A stretch of 34,249 nucleotides of DNA from Thermoproteota archaeon. Lineage in GTDB: Archaea; Korarchaeota; JAOZGF01; JAOZFZ01. The translations under genes and the position numbers were made by a program. Shown here piece after piece: positions 17,974 to 27,426 of the stretch. The notes beneath the pieces are model-generated. The model ran no database searches, had not been told where the DNA came from, and saw only the letters and a program-made list of their open reading frames with translations. The stretch covers positions 1-34,249 of the forward strand of contig JAOZFT010000010.1 in NCBI GenBank assembly GCA_027492035.1. Reading direction: 5' to 3'. The stretch's first letter is position 1. Every line of letters begins with the position of its first letter.

Positions 17974-18882
17974 CTAATCCTTTAACCTATTTAACCTATC
18001 CTGTACACTGGGATGAGTTGAAAAAAATTTAAACAATTCACTCAACAATTTCTTTCCGCCTTCTTTTTCAAGTTTTCCGCTTACACAGTCCGGATCTGTA
18101 ATTAAAAGGGTTTTAAAGCCTAGAAGGTTAAGTGTTTTACTTTTCTTGTTTCTCATTTTAATTATGACATTTGTTACTTTGGTTAAAGCGAAGAATAGGT
18201 TTTCTTTCCCGTTTTCCATTAACTCTGAAACATAGTCGTCAGCACATTCTTCCCTGAAACGGCTTAATGGAAGATTAAAGATATTGAAAAAGAAATGGAG
18301 GAGAAGGAAAAGGAAACCAAATGATGCTTTAATTGTGCTTACTTTTGTTTTGTTCTTGAAGTAGGGGTATATAAGTTTTTTAGCGGCTATGTACAGTAAC
18401 GAAGGGAGAACTGTAGCGTAGCTTAATATGTAATGGTCTTTATCTTTCACATGTTTTGTTTCGTGAGATATTAATGCCTTTAATTCATTACTTTCAAGCA
18501 AGCCCAGTAAAGAGAAAGAAACCGCAAGTTTACTTCCAAAAAGTACATCTCTGTAAGTGATGGCGTAAGGGAGGGGTAGATTAGAAATCATGACTTTAGG
18601 CTTTTTCAATCGGCTTTGGGCGGATAACTCCTCAATCATTGAATGAAGAGTTGGAAACATGTTCCTGGTTGCTTCGTTAACTTTATAAATTTTCTCAATT
18701 AAAGGTGAAGCAGAAAAGAAAAGCAAGAAATTGATTGAAACAAAAAACAATATAAGGAGCAGGGAATCTTTAATATTAGCCACTGAAAGAGAGAGGTAAG
18801 TAATTAAGAAAGTGGAGAAAAGAGTACCGATTAAACATAAAGCTAAATACAAGATGAATTTTGCTCTAACCATTTTATCCAC
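17974..18882 (-). CDS. HtpX-like M48 zinc metalloprotease (divergent)
   Basis: N-terminal TMs, ELKALISHETKH (HExxH), SRFREECAD, FSTHPSVQDRL. Start GTG 18882 or ATG 18873. Confidence 0.88.
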   Translation of the reverse strand: MDKMVRAKFILYLALCLIGTLFSTFLITYLSLSVANIKDSLLLILFFVSINFLLFFSASPLIEKIYKVNEATRNMFPTLHSMIEELSAQSRLKKPKVMISNLPLPYAITYRDVLFGSKLAVSFSLLGLLESNELKALISHETKHVKDKDHYILSYATVLPSLLYIAAKKLIYPYFKNKTKVSTIKASFGFLFLLLHFFFNIFNLPLSRFREECADDYVSELMENGKENLFFALTKVTNVIIKMRNKKSKTLNLLGFKTLLITDPDCVSGKLEKEGGKKLLSELFKFFSTHPSVQDRLNRLKD

Positions 18883-19141
18883 TTAAAATATTGGAAAAAC
18901 GGATTGGAAAGCTTTAACACAGCAAAAATATCCGGAAGTGATTCCGTACCCAATATATTACATAAATTTATTTTGTAAGGGGACTTGTACCTTTTTAAAG
19001 ACATTACCTAGAAGACAAACTTTAAGCTTAATTTAGAAAAACAATCCCCAAAAAATTTTTATTTTCAACTCGTTACTTTCTAAAAACATTTTCAGTTTAA
19101 GGGTTTTTTCCTTAATCAAAAAACTCCGGGAGGAAGCTTAA

Positions 19142-19987
19142 TTGGAGGACAGTAAACCTCGAATAGGTATAATTGGCGGGTCAGGATTATACGAGCTAAT
19201 TAAGAATCCTAAACATGTGGTTTTAGAAACTCCTTTCGGTAAAACACCCCGTATTGAAATAGGGGAAATAGGGGGAGTGAAAATAGCTTTCCTGAACCGA
19301 CATGGTAAACCAGGGGTAGATGCAAAGGTTCAGCATTCAATTCCTCCTTCTAAAATCAACTACAGAGCAAATGTTTACGGTTTAAGAAAGTTAGGAGTTG
19401 AAAGGTTGATTGTGACAAATGCTTGCGGCTCTTTAAACGAAAAAATCAAACCTGGAGATATTGTTTTACCCGACCAATTTATGGATTTCACAAAGCAAAG
19501 AATAAACACCTTCTTTGACGGTGAAACACCTGTTAAGGTTTGGCCCGATAAACCTCCTTTAAAGGCTGTTGTCCACGTTGATATGTCCCACCCCTACTGC
19601 CCAGAACTGATTGACATTTTAGCTGGTGTTTGCAAAGATAAGAGGCTAAAGTTTCATAAAGGTGGAGTTTATGTCTGTACAGAGGGACCGAGGTTTGAAA
19701 CTCCTGCGGAAATAAAATTTTACAAGTCAGTAGGGGGAGACGTGGTAGGCATGACTTCAGTTCCTGAAGTTATTTTAGCTAAAGAATTAACCATGTGTTA
19801 CGCTAGTTTATCTGTTGCAACGAATTGGGCTGCAGGGATTTCAAGTGGGAAAGTTACGCATGAAGAAGTTCTTAAATTGTTTAGTGAAAGGATGAAAGAC
19901 ATAAGAGAGGTAATTGAGGAAGCTATTAAGAGAATACCTGTCGAAAAAGATTGCTCATGTCGATTTTCTCTTGAAGGAGCTTACTAA
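19142..19987 (+). CDS. MTAP/PNP family nucleoside phosphorylase, probably 6-oxopurine/methylthioinosine-specific
   Basis: IGIIGGSG, ETPFG, RHG...HSIPP.INYRAN, PDQFMDFT, EGPRFETPAE, VVGMT, TNWAAG, C-terminal CSC; TTG start with GGAGG. Confidence 0.92.
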   Translation: MEDSKPRIGIIGGSGLYELIKNPKHVVLETPFGKTPRIEIGEIGGVKIAFLNRHGKPGVDAKVQHSIPPSKINYRANVYGLRKLGVERLIVTNACGSLNEKIKPGDIVLPDQFMDFTKQRINTFFDGETPVKVWPDKPPLKAVVHVDMSHPYCPELIDILAGVCKDKRLKFHKGGVYVCTEGPRFETPAEIKFYKSVGGDVVGMTSVPEVILAKELTMCYASLSVATNWAAGISSGKVTHEEVLKLFSERMKDIREVIEEAIKRIPVEKDCSCRFSLEGAY

Positions 19988-21849
19988 GGCTTTATTAGTT
20001 TGGTGAAACCTGTTTTCACTTCAGAGGCTTTTTTCAAGAAAGTTTTAGATAAAGCTTTCTCTAAAGTTTCGCCTATTTTATCCTCGTTTCTTTTCATTTT
20101 CTCCATTATTTCAGTTATTTTCTTTTTAGCTTCAATCAAAACGTTTTCTTTTTTCTCCTTCCCTAAACTCACAGCCTCCAACTTAACTTCCAGTTCCCTT
20201 GTTAAATCCACTGAAAGTATTTCTTTACAGTAAAGGTTGAAAGTTTGAATCACCGCTTCACCGAAGGGAGTTATTTCTATGCTTTTCCTGCCCTTAATGT
20301 ACCCTCTGGAGAAAAGCTTCTCAAGTATCAAAGCCCTAGTTGCTTTAGTCCCCAAATTGTTTCTTTCCAGAGTAGAGATTAAGGAGGCTTGACTGTATCT
20401 TGCCGGAGGCTTCGTCTGACCTTCTTTTAAGTAAACATGGGTAGTTGCAAAACTGTCATTGAGGTTTATCTTAGGTAGGAAAGCTTCTTCGGGTTTGTAG
20501 TAAGGATAAAACTCCATCCAACCCCTAGATAAAACAACTTTCCCCTTTAACTTAAAGTTTTCACCATCCAAGGTAAGAATTACGTCTGTACTTTCAATTA
20601 AAGCCTCGTCAGCAAAAACAGCTAAAAACCTATAAACGATTAATTCATAAACCTTTTTCTCGAAAGGATTAAGCGACTTGGGTTTTTCACCGGTAGGGTA
20701 AATACAGGGGTGGGCGGGATCTTCCTTTTTCCCTTCATTCGGTTTTAAAATTTCCTTAGCCAACAGTTTCTCTGCTAAAGCCTTGAATTTTTCTTGTTCA
20801 GCTAATTTCCTGAATAATTCTCTGAAATCTATGTTTTTTGGTAGTTTTTGAGAAGAGGTTCTCGGGTATGAAATTAAACCATTCTCATAAAGGTTTTGAG
20901 CTATCTTTTGGGTTTGTAAGGGTTTAAAACCGAACTTTGAATAAGCCTCCCTTTGGAGATCCCCCAGGTTGAAGGGAATAGGGGGTTTTAATTTGTTTTT
21001 CCTTCTTTTAACATCTGAAACAATACATTTTCTACTTTTACATTTAGTTTTAACATTTACAGCTTCTTCTTTGTTCCAAAAAATATTTTTTACATGTAAA
21101 GCAAGGAACTTCTTGTTTCCGATTAAGATTTCCACGTAAACACGCCAGAAAGGAGTTGGTTTGAAGTTCCTAATTTCTTGTTCTCTTTTAAAAACCAGGT
21201 TTAAAGTAGGTCCCTGAACCCGGCCCATGGACAATACTTTATATAACCCTCTCTTTTTTAGAGAAATCATTAAAGCCCTTGAAGTGTTGATACCCCACCA
21301 CCAATCAATAACAGCACGTAATTCTCCAGCGTATGCAAGGTTTAAATCGAAACTAATTGGTTTAAGGAAGGCTTCACGGATATCTCTAGGTGTTAAGGCG
21401 GAAAACTTCATTCTGGAGATGTTTTTAATTTCTTCATCCGACAATTTACAAAGGTATTTAAGGATGTTATAAGCAATTGTTTGACCTTCTATGTCGTAAT
21501 CACAAGCTACAATGTAATTCTTTGACTTCCTTGCAAACTCAGCCAGTTGTGAAACATAAGGCTTAACATATTCAGCTTTCTTATTTACTTTGAAAGACTC
21601 CACCCATTCAATGTCGAAAACAGGGTAACGGAACCCGTTACTCTTCTGTTTAAGGTTAAAAACATGCCCCACCGCAGGCACAACAGCTATTCTACTCCCA
21701 TTTACATTTAATTCATACCTATAAACTCTTTTTTCACGATCAAAGAAAACCTTTCTTCCATTATTGGAACCTAAGGCCTTAGCTATTTTTTCAGCTACCT
21801 TAGGCTTTTCAGAAATGATCATGAAATCAAAAAATTTAACAGTTGCCAA
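19984..21849 (-). CDS. topA: Type IA DNA topoisomerase (archaeal TopA/Topo III)
   Basis: TOPRIM ISEKP...VGH...CDYDIEG, SMGRVQGPTL, catalytic ISYPRT, AHPCIYPT, LGTKATR. Stop codon overlaps the convergent phosphorylase stop. Confidence 0.96.
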   Translation of the reverse strand: MATVKFFDFMIISEKPKVAEKIAKALGSNNGRKVFFDREKRVYRYELNVNGSRIAVVPAVGHVFNLKQKSNGFRYPVFDIEWVESFKVNKKAEYVKPYVSQLAEFARKSKNYIVACDYDIEGQTIAYNILKYLCKLSDEEIKNISRMKFSALTPRDIREAFLKPISFDLNLAYAGELRAVIDWWWGINTSRALMISLKKRGLYKVLSMGRVQGPTLNLVFKREQEIRNFKPTPFWRVYVEILIGNKKFLALHVKNIFWNKEEAVNVKTKCKSRKCIVSDVKRRKNKLKPPIPFNLGDLQREAYSKFGFKPLQTQKIAQNLYENGLISYPRTSSQKLPKNIDFRELFRKLAEQEKFKALAEKLLAKEILKPNEGKKEDPAHPCIYPTGEKPKSLNPFEKKVYELIVYRFLAVFADEALIESTDVILTLDGENFKLKGKVVLSRGWMEFYPYYKPEEAFLPKINLNDSFATTHVYLKEGQTKPPARYSQASLISTLERNNLGTKATRALILEKLFSRGYIKGRKSIEITPFGEAVIQTFNLYCKEILSVDLTRELEVKLEAVSLGKEKKENVLIEAKKKITEIMEKMKRNEDKIGETLEKALSKTFLKKASEVKTGFTKLIKP

Positions 21850-22047
21850 TTTAAGAAAGGCCTCACTCGAGCAAAACTTGAAAATCCATCCATAAAGAAA
21901 AAAATCAAGTACATTTTAAAGGTAAAAGGGGAATCGTTTAGGAAAAATTGAAATGAATAAATTTACTCTTTATAAAAACATTTCGGTTCCTCAGTACTGA
22001 AGTAATGCTTAGAAAGGGATTTTTAAGTAAAATTTTTTCCCCTTTTT

Positions 22048-22060
22048 CCGAAAATATAAA
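22048..22060 (+). promoter_or_regulatory. Candidate BRE + TATA for the ThiR-like gene
   Basis: CCGAAAATATAAA followed by a T-run, upstream of 22126/22138. Confidence 0.35.
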
Positions 22061-22125
22061 TTTTTAATATAACACGTTTATTCTTTTAATTTAATTTTTA
22101 TTCCTAAACTCCTTTAAAGTGGAAG

Positions 22126-23061
22126 GTGAACTCCTTTTTGCGGGTGCCCTGTGAAGTTTTTGTAAGGAAATATTTACCGGAAATAAGGTCTCTAGTTATA
22201 AAAAGGATTTCAAAGAAATATAAAATGAAACAAATTGATATAGCTAGAGTTGTAGGGGTTACGCAGGCTGCAGTAAGCCAGTATTTATCGAAAGAAACAG
22301 ATGGAACCCTTTTTGATGAAGAAACTTTAAAAAATATTCGGACACTGGCTGATTTTTTAGCTGAACAAAAAATAAATGCATGGGAGGCTCTTCAAAGAAT
22401 ATGCAACATTTGCTGCTCCTTGAAACAAAACAAAAAATTCTGTAAAAATCACATAGATTTATACGCTGAATTAGGTAAAATGGAGTACTGTACATGTCCT
22501 AAGTCTACTTTGCCTAAACAGGGAGTTTTTGATAAGTATAGTGTCTTAATGAAAATCACGAATGCTTTGAATTTATTGGAAAACTCCCTCACCATCTTTA
22601 AACTTGTGCCTGAAGTTAGGATGAATCTTGTTATGGCTTTACCTGAGGCTAAAACCTTGGAAGAGGTAGCAGGAATACCTGGAAGATTAACAGTTGTTGA
22701 TAATATGGTGAAATATTTCGCTAAACCAAAGTTTGGGGTTTCAAAGCATTTATCGAAGATATTGCTTGCGTTTATGGAATGCCGAAAGGATATGTTAGCA
22801 TGCATGAATATTAGAAATACTAAGAGAGTAAGGGATGCTGTTAAAAGGGCAGGATTAACCTTGGCTGAGATAGGTGAGGATTTGCCGTTAGAGGGAAGAG
22901 AACAGGCCTTAATAAATAAAGTGAAGGAAATAGCTGGAGAAAGAAGTGTAGACGCTGTAGCTGACCCTGGAGCTAAATATATAGAACCAATTATTTACCT
23001 GTTTGGTTTCGATGCTGAAGACGTGGTTAAAAAAGCAATTTCAGTAGCTAACCAGCTTTAA
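22126..23061 (+). CDS. thiR: HTH + ThiN (thiamine-phosphate-synthase-like) domain transcriptional regulator, ThiR-like
   Basis: PCE...LPEIR...KQIDIARVVGVTQAAVSQYL HTH, then a Cys-rich linker, then LVPEVRMN...VAGIPGRL...FGVSKH...MNIR...EPIIYLFG (ThiN domain). Likely start TTG 22138. Confidence 0.8.
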   Translation: MNSFLRVPCEVFVRKYLPEIRSLVIKRISKKYKMKQIDIARVVGVTQAAVSQYLSKETDGTLFDEETLKNIRTLADFLAEQKINAWEALQRICNICCSLKQNKKFCKNHIDLYAELGKMEYCTCPKSTLPKQGVFDKYSVLMKITNALNLLENSLTIFKLVPEVRMNLVMALPEAKTLEEVAGIPGRLTVVDNMVKYFAKPKFGVSKHLSKILLAFMECRKDMLACMNIRNTKRVRDAVKRAGLTLAEIGEDLPLEGREQALINKVKEIAGERSVDAVADPGAKYIEPIIYLFGFDAEDVVKKAISVANQL

Positions 23062-23100
23062 ACTTCTTTAAGAAAAAGAAGAGGGAAAGTAAGTTAATAG

Positions 23101-24450
23101 TTACCTTTCTTTTTTAATTCTTTCACTTAAAACTTCACAGGCTGTTTTGAAAGGGAAAAAGAAACCTGATAAAGGGGGACAGTAAGCGAATTGCATTTCA
23201 GCTAAACTTTTAACGTTAACCCTTTCCTTTATAGCTATTTGTGCTAAATTAACAACTTCTGTGCATCTGCTACTTCCCAAACACTGGACACCTACAAGGT
23301 TTCCGCTTTCATCTGCCAGTATCTTAACTTCAAGGAAGCCTTCCGTCAAAAACTTCTCTTTATCAAAACCCCTCGACTTCATCACAAAGATTTTTGACTT
23401 GGTTCTTTTAGCTTCTTCTGTTAACAGCCCTACTGAACCGTACTCAAGATCAAAAGCATGGCCTGTAAAAGCTGGCAAAGCCCCTTTAAAATGTTCTTCG
23501 CCACCTGAAGCGTTTATACCCGCCACTTTACCCTCCTCATAAGCTGTACATGCTAACATGTTTAGACTATATTCTCCTGTGATTAAATTCTTTACTTCAA
23601 CACAGTCCCCAGCTGCAAAAACATCACTTAAACTTGTTTCCATTCTTTCATTAACAAGAATCCCCCCATGTTTCCCAAGTTCAATACCTGCTTCAACAGC
23701 TATTGAAACATTCGGTTTTGCACCGGTGGCAAAAATTACTAAGTCAGCAGATAGTTCTTCTCCATTCTCAAGAACAACTTCATTTACTTCCTTTCCATTT
23801 CTGCCCTTAACTTCTGTCACCTTCATACCCAAGTAAACTTTAACTCCTTCCTTAACCACTTCCTCACGTATTTTATTTGCTAAATCAGGGTCTAAGTTCC
23901 TTGGAAGTAAACTTTTCATCATTTCAATCAGTGTAACGTTTAATCCTCTCTTATTTAAGGCGTAGGCGATTTCTAATCCTATGGCTCCTCCCCCCACCAC
24001 AACTGCATTATGTCCCTTCTTTACGGTCATGTTTAACTTTAAGTAATCAGTCACATTAGATAAAGTAAATACTCCTTCCATACCTACTCCTTTAACTGGC
24101 GGAACAAAAGGTTTAGAGCCGAGTGCTAAAATTAGTTTGTCAAATTTTATTTTTCGAAATTCATTACTCTTTTTAACAGTCACCTCCTTTGTTTTAGTAC
24201 CCAGCTTCACTGCTCTCCACCCTGACAAAATTTTAGCTCTTTTCTTTAACAGTTTATCCTCCTCAACTATGCCTTCTAACCCTTTAAAGTTAAAAGCAAG
24301 AGCATACGGCATCATGCAAGGGTGGAAAATTTCCTTTTCTTTCTTATCTACAATAATTAATTCGCATTTTCTCTTTCTCAAGATTTGGGTTGCCGCCGCT
24401 GACCCCGCAGTCCCATAACCTACAATTACAATTTTTTCAGGCACTTCCAA
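23101..24450 (-). CDS. FAD-dependent pyridine nucleotide-disulfide oxidoreductase (NADH oxidase / CoA-disulfide reductase family)
   Basis: GYGTAG FAD motif, single redox Cys in HPCMMPY, VGGGAIGLE NAD motif, TSLSDVFAAGDC, C-terminal AYCPPLS. Start TTG 24450 or GTG 24444. Confidence 0.92.
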   Translation of the reverse strand: MEVPEKIVIVGYGTAGSAAATQILRKRKCELIIVDKKEKEIFHPCMMPYALAFNFKGLEGIVEEDKLLKKRAKILSGWRAVKLGTKTKEVTVKKSNEFRKIKFDKLILALGSKPFVPPVKGVGMEGVFTLSNVTDYLKLNMTVKKGHNAVVVGGGAIGLEIAYALNKRGLNVTLIEMMKSLLPRNLDPDLANKIREEVVKEGVKVYLGMKVTEVKGRNGKEVNEVVLENGEELSADLVIFATGAKPNVSIAVEAGIELGKHGGILVNERMETSLSDVFAAGDCVEVKNLITGEYSLNMLACTAYEEGKVAGINASGGEEHFKGALPAFTGHAFDLEYGSVGLLTEEAKRTKSKIFVMKSRGFDKEKFLTEGFLEVKILADESGNLVGVQCLGSSRCTEVVNLAQIAIKERVNVKSLAEMQFAYCPPLSGFFFPFKTACEVLSERIKKER

Positions 24451-24614
24451 AACCTCGAAAGCCCCTTTCCATTTTATAACTAAGGCAAAATCTTTTGTTA
24501 AAAGGGAGAAAATAAATTTTTACCTATTTTAAGAAAAATTTTTTCACTTTCCAAGAAAAATGTTTAAATTATATTTTAAAGAAAGGAGTTTATGAGCGGG
24601 GAGGGGGGAATATA

Positions 24615-25199
24615 ATGTTGACTTCATTCAAGGATAAATTCACTGGTTTATCCTTGTTTCTTGCAAAAATCTTTATCAAATTAAATTTTCCGCCAAATGT
24701 GTTAACTTTACTCGGTTTCTTTTCGGCTGTTGCATCTTTCTTTTTTATATTTAGCAAAATGAATTTTTTAGCAGGTTTATTTCTTTTGCTGAATGGTTTC
24801 TTTGATTTGGTTGATGGTGTAGTTGCGAGACAGACTTCCACATGTTCAAAGTTCGGTGCTGTGTTAGATTCTACGCTGGATCGTTTCTCTGATTTTTTAA
24901 TAATTGCAGGTTTAAGTTTAAGTTTTTCGACACTTCCTGAATTAGTTGTAGGTTTCACATCTATCCACTCAACTTTGATGGTGAGTTACGTAAAGGCTAA
25001 GGCGGAAAGTGAAGGAATCAAGAGACTAGGGGGGTTCATTGAGAGACCAGAGAGATTAATTATCTTAGTTATTACATTGTTTTCGCAACAATTTTTTTGG
25101 GGACTCCTAGTTTTAGCTGTTTTAAGTTATGTAACAATTGTTCAGAGACTCTTTTTTGTGCATAAAAAACTGAAAGAAGAAAATTTCAGCATAAACTAA
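24615..25199 (+). CDS. CDP-alcohol phosphatidyltransferase (probable archaetidylinositol-phosphate synthase)
   Basis: PNVLTLLG, DLVDGVVAR...GAVLDSTLDRFSD signature, MVSYVKAKAE, GFIERPER. Confidence 0.9.
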   Translation: MLTSFKDKFTGLSLFLAKIFIKLNFPPNVLTLLGFFSAVASFFFIFSKMNFLAGLFLLLNGFFDLVDGVVARQTSTCSKFGAVLDSTLDRFSDFLIIAGLSLSFSTLPELVVGFTSIHSTLMVSYVKAKAESEGIKRLGGFIERPERLIILVITLFSQQFFWGLLVLAVLSYVTIVQRLFFVHKKLKEENFSIN

Positions 25200-25315
25200 A
25201 ACCCAGAAAAGAGTTTATGCAACTAGACTTGAGTTTTCTCTTAAAAGGAGAACTGAAAAAACTCCTCTTCCTTGGAGGTGTTCCGAGAAAAAAGAGAAAA
25301 AGGTTTTTAGGCCGA

Positions 25316-26299
25316 TTAGTAGCATTTAGTGTATTCTTGTAGGGACCAACCAAGCTCATCTTTCAAAATTATAGCAGCGACTTGCGGTGAAAAAACTCCT
25401 TTCTCAGTTATTATTAAGTCTATGTATTCAGGGGGGGTTACGTCGAAAGCTGGGTTCCTTACCTTTATTAATGGATTCTTTTTAAGAAATTTTTCATCAA
25501 CAACTTCTGTAGCAGGTCTTTCCTCTATTTCAACCAATGCACCCACTAATGTCTCCGGAGAAAACTTAATTGTTTCAGCTGCAACATAAACACGGACCCT
25601 TGCTTCATTTGCAGCCAAAGCTACAAGTGAGGTTCCTATCTTGTTTACAATAGCTCCATTAGCTGCTATAGCATCAGCTCCAACAATCACCAAGTCAGCT
25701 TCTTCAATAAAGGATCTGACAGCGCTGTCAACTATCAAAGTGACAGGTATGCCCTCATCTGCAAGGGATTTAGCTGTGATCAAACCTTGAAACCTTGGCC
25801 TTGTCTCTGTAGCTATAACTCTCAACCCTTCTTTGTTCTCCTTAATGAATTTTTTGTGGGCAGTAGTAATTACTGACAAAGCTGTTCTACTGTGGCAGTG
25901 GGTTAGGATTATGTTTCCTGGCTTAATTCTTCTGCTCCCTATTTCAGCTATTGTGTTTATTGCTTTCTTTGATTCCTCTATAAATTTATTTACAGCTGAA
26001 GCAACAGTTCCTTTTATTTCTTCCAAGTCAGTTGTTTCACAAACCTTTTTATAAACTGGTCTTTTAATCATTCTTATGGCGTTTGGAAGCGAGACAGCTG
26101 TTGGTCTTGTTTTCAGGATCAAGTCAGCAACGTAATCGAAGTAATTCATGAACTCCCGGTAATCTTTTCCTTTAAATGTTTCAGCAGCTATTTTTAATGC
26201 TTCAGCAGCTGCTCTAGCTATGGTTCCAGCCCCCCTGATTTTCATTTCCTTTATTGATTCAGCTATATCCAAGATTCTCTTATCAACCTCTTGAGCCAA
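25316..26299 (-). CDS. Ribose-1,5-bisphosphate isomerase (eIF2B-like family)
   Basis: MKIRGAG, TRPTAVSLPNA, LTHCHS (catalytic Cys), ETRPRFQG, VGAD (catalytic Asp), NKIGT, RNPAFDVTP. Confidence 0.93.
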   Translation of the reverse strand: MAQEVDKRILDIAESIKEMKIRGAGTIARAAAEALKIAAETFKGKDYREFMNYFDYVADLILKTRPTAVSLPNAIRMIKRPVYKKVCETTDLEEIKGTVASAVNKFIEESKKAINTIAEIGSRRIKPGNIILTHCHSRTALSVITTAHKKFIKENKEGLRVIATETRPRFQGLITAKSLADEGIPVTLIVDSAVRSFIEEADLVIVGADAIAANGAIVNKIGTSLVALAANEARVRVYVAAETIKFSPETLVGALVEIEERPATEVVDEKFLKKNPLIKVRNPAFDVTPPEYIDLIITEKGVFSPQVAAIILKDELGWSLQEYTKCY

Positions 26300-26303
26300 T
26301 TAT

Positions 26304-27197
26304 TCAATCCCCTCTTTCAAGTTCTTTCTTTAATTCGTCAGCTATTATGCCTGAAACAGTTATAAAACTTATTTCGCTCGGAATTGTGTCTGTACCCAAA
26401 ACTTCGTCAGCTCCAGCTTTGTATATTTTAGCCAAGGCTTTACCTGCTAAAACAGGGTGTGTACATGCTGAAATCACCCTTTTTGCACCGAAAGATTTTA
26501 AAGCTTCAACTGTCTTAGCCATGGTACCACCGGTGCTTATAATGTCATCTACAATTAATGTATCTCTGCCTTTTAAGTTTAATTCTCCTGTTTCAATCTG
26601 TACTTCTTCGGAAGTAAGTCTCTGTTTTCTAAAGATGAACTTTTCAGCCCCAAGTTTTTCAGCGGCTACAGAAACCCATTGCTCGGATTCTTCATCAGGA
26701 CCTATAACTACCGGGTTAACTAACTTGTCTCTTACATAATCAGCGAACAAGGAAGCAGCTGTTAAATTTACTGTGGGTACCGGAAACTCTTTTTCTATTC
26801 CTCTTCTCCTATGTTGGTGAATGTCAACAACAATCAGCTTATTTACTCGTTCACTTATCAACTTTTTCACAATATCAAAGGTTACTGCTTCACCTGGTGT
26901 AAATCTTGTGTCTTGCCTAGCGTATGCAAAGTAAGGAATAACTCCTATTATTTCCTGAGCCCCTAAGTCAAGTAAAGTATCAGCTATAATGAGGAACTCC
27001 ATCAGGTAGTTGTTCGGTTGGTGATACATTGACTGAACAAGAGCAACTTTTTCATCTTTAACTTCTCCCTCTACTTTCACGTAGGTTTCTCCATCTGGAA
27101 ACTTCTTTTTTTCAATCTCCAACCATTTAGAACCTTTCACTCTCCTATATATTTTCTGAGCAAGAATTTCTGAAGCTGAACCTGAACATATCAACAT
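26304..27197 (-). CDS. prs: Ribose-phosphate pyrophosphokinase (PRPP synthetase, archaeal type)
   Basis: KFPDGE, PYFAYARQD, VDIH, GPD, IVDDIISTGGT, CTHPVL, TDTI; GAGGTGA RBS. Confidence 0.95.
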   Translation of the reverse strand: MLICSGSASEILAQKIYRRVKGSKWLEIEKKKFPDGETYVKVEGEVKDEKVALVQSMYHQPNNYLMEFLIIADTLLDLGAQEIIGVIPYFAYARQDTRFTPGEAVTFDIVKKLISERVNKLIVVDIHQHRRRGIEKEFPVPTVNLTAASLFADYVRDKLVNPVVIGPDEESEQWVSVAAEKLGAEKFIFRKQRLTSEEVQIETGELNLKGRDTLIVDDIISTGGTMAKTVEALKSFGAKRVISACTHPVLAGKALAKIYKAGADEVLGTDTIPSEISFITVSGIIADELKKELERGD

Positions 27198-27426
27198 TTC
27201 ATATCACCTCTTTTTTAAAGAAGATTTTAAGGAATTAACCTAAAAGATTGTAATAGAAAAAATGAAAACAGAGTCTAAAATTTTGCTGAATATATATCAA
27301 ATAAACAAACTTTAAATTTTTAAGAGAAAAGTCTAGTTTCACCCTTTGGAAAATATTTTTTTGGGGGATAATGAGTAAATTACACTACTCTTAAGGGCTG
27401 TTAAGTTTTACTTTCTTTGAAGAATC

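Noticed and set aside
25231-25278. Small hairpins between the convergent phosphotransferase and R15Pi genes
   Set aside because: Stems are short and imperfect; they could be terminators but are not distinguishable from chance.
25316-26299. eIF2B subunit or methylthioribose-1-phosphate isomerase (MtnA)
   Set aside because: THCHS and RPTAVSLPNA match R15P isomerase; the MtnA-type THCNxG motif and N-terminal extension are absent.
27191-27202. Tiny upstream ORF ATG-AAA-TGT-TGA overlapping the prs start
   Set aside because: Its ATG is 1 nt from the GAGGTGA RBS, whereas the prs ATG is at a normal spacing; probably incidental.
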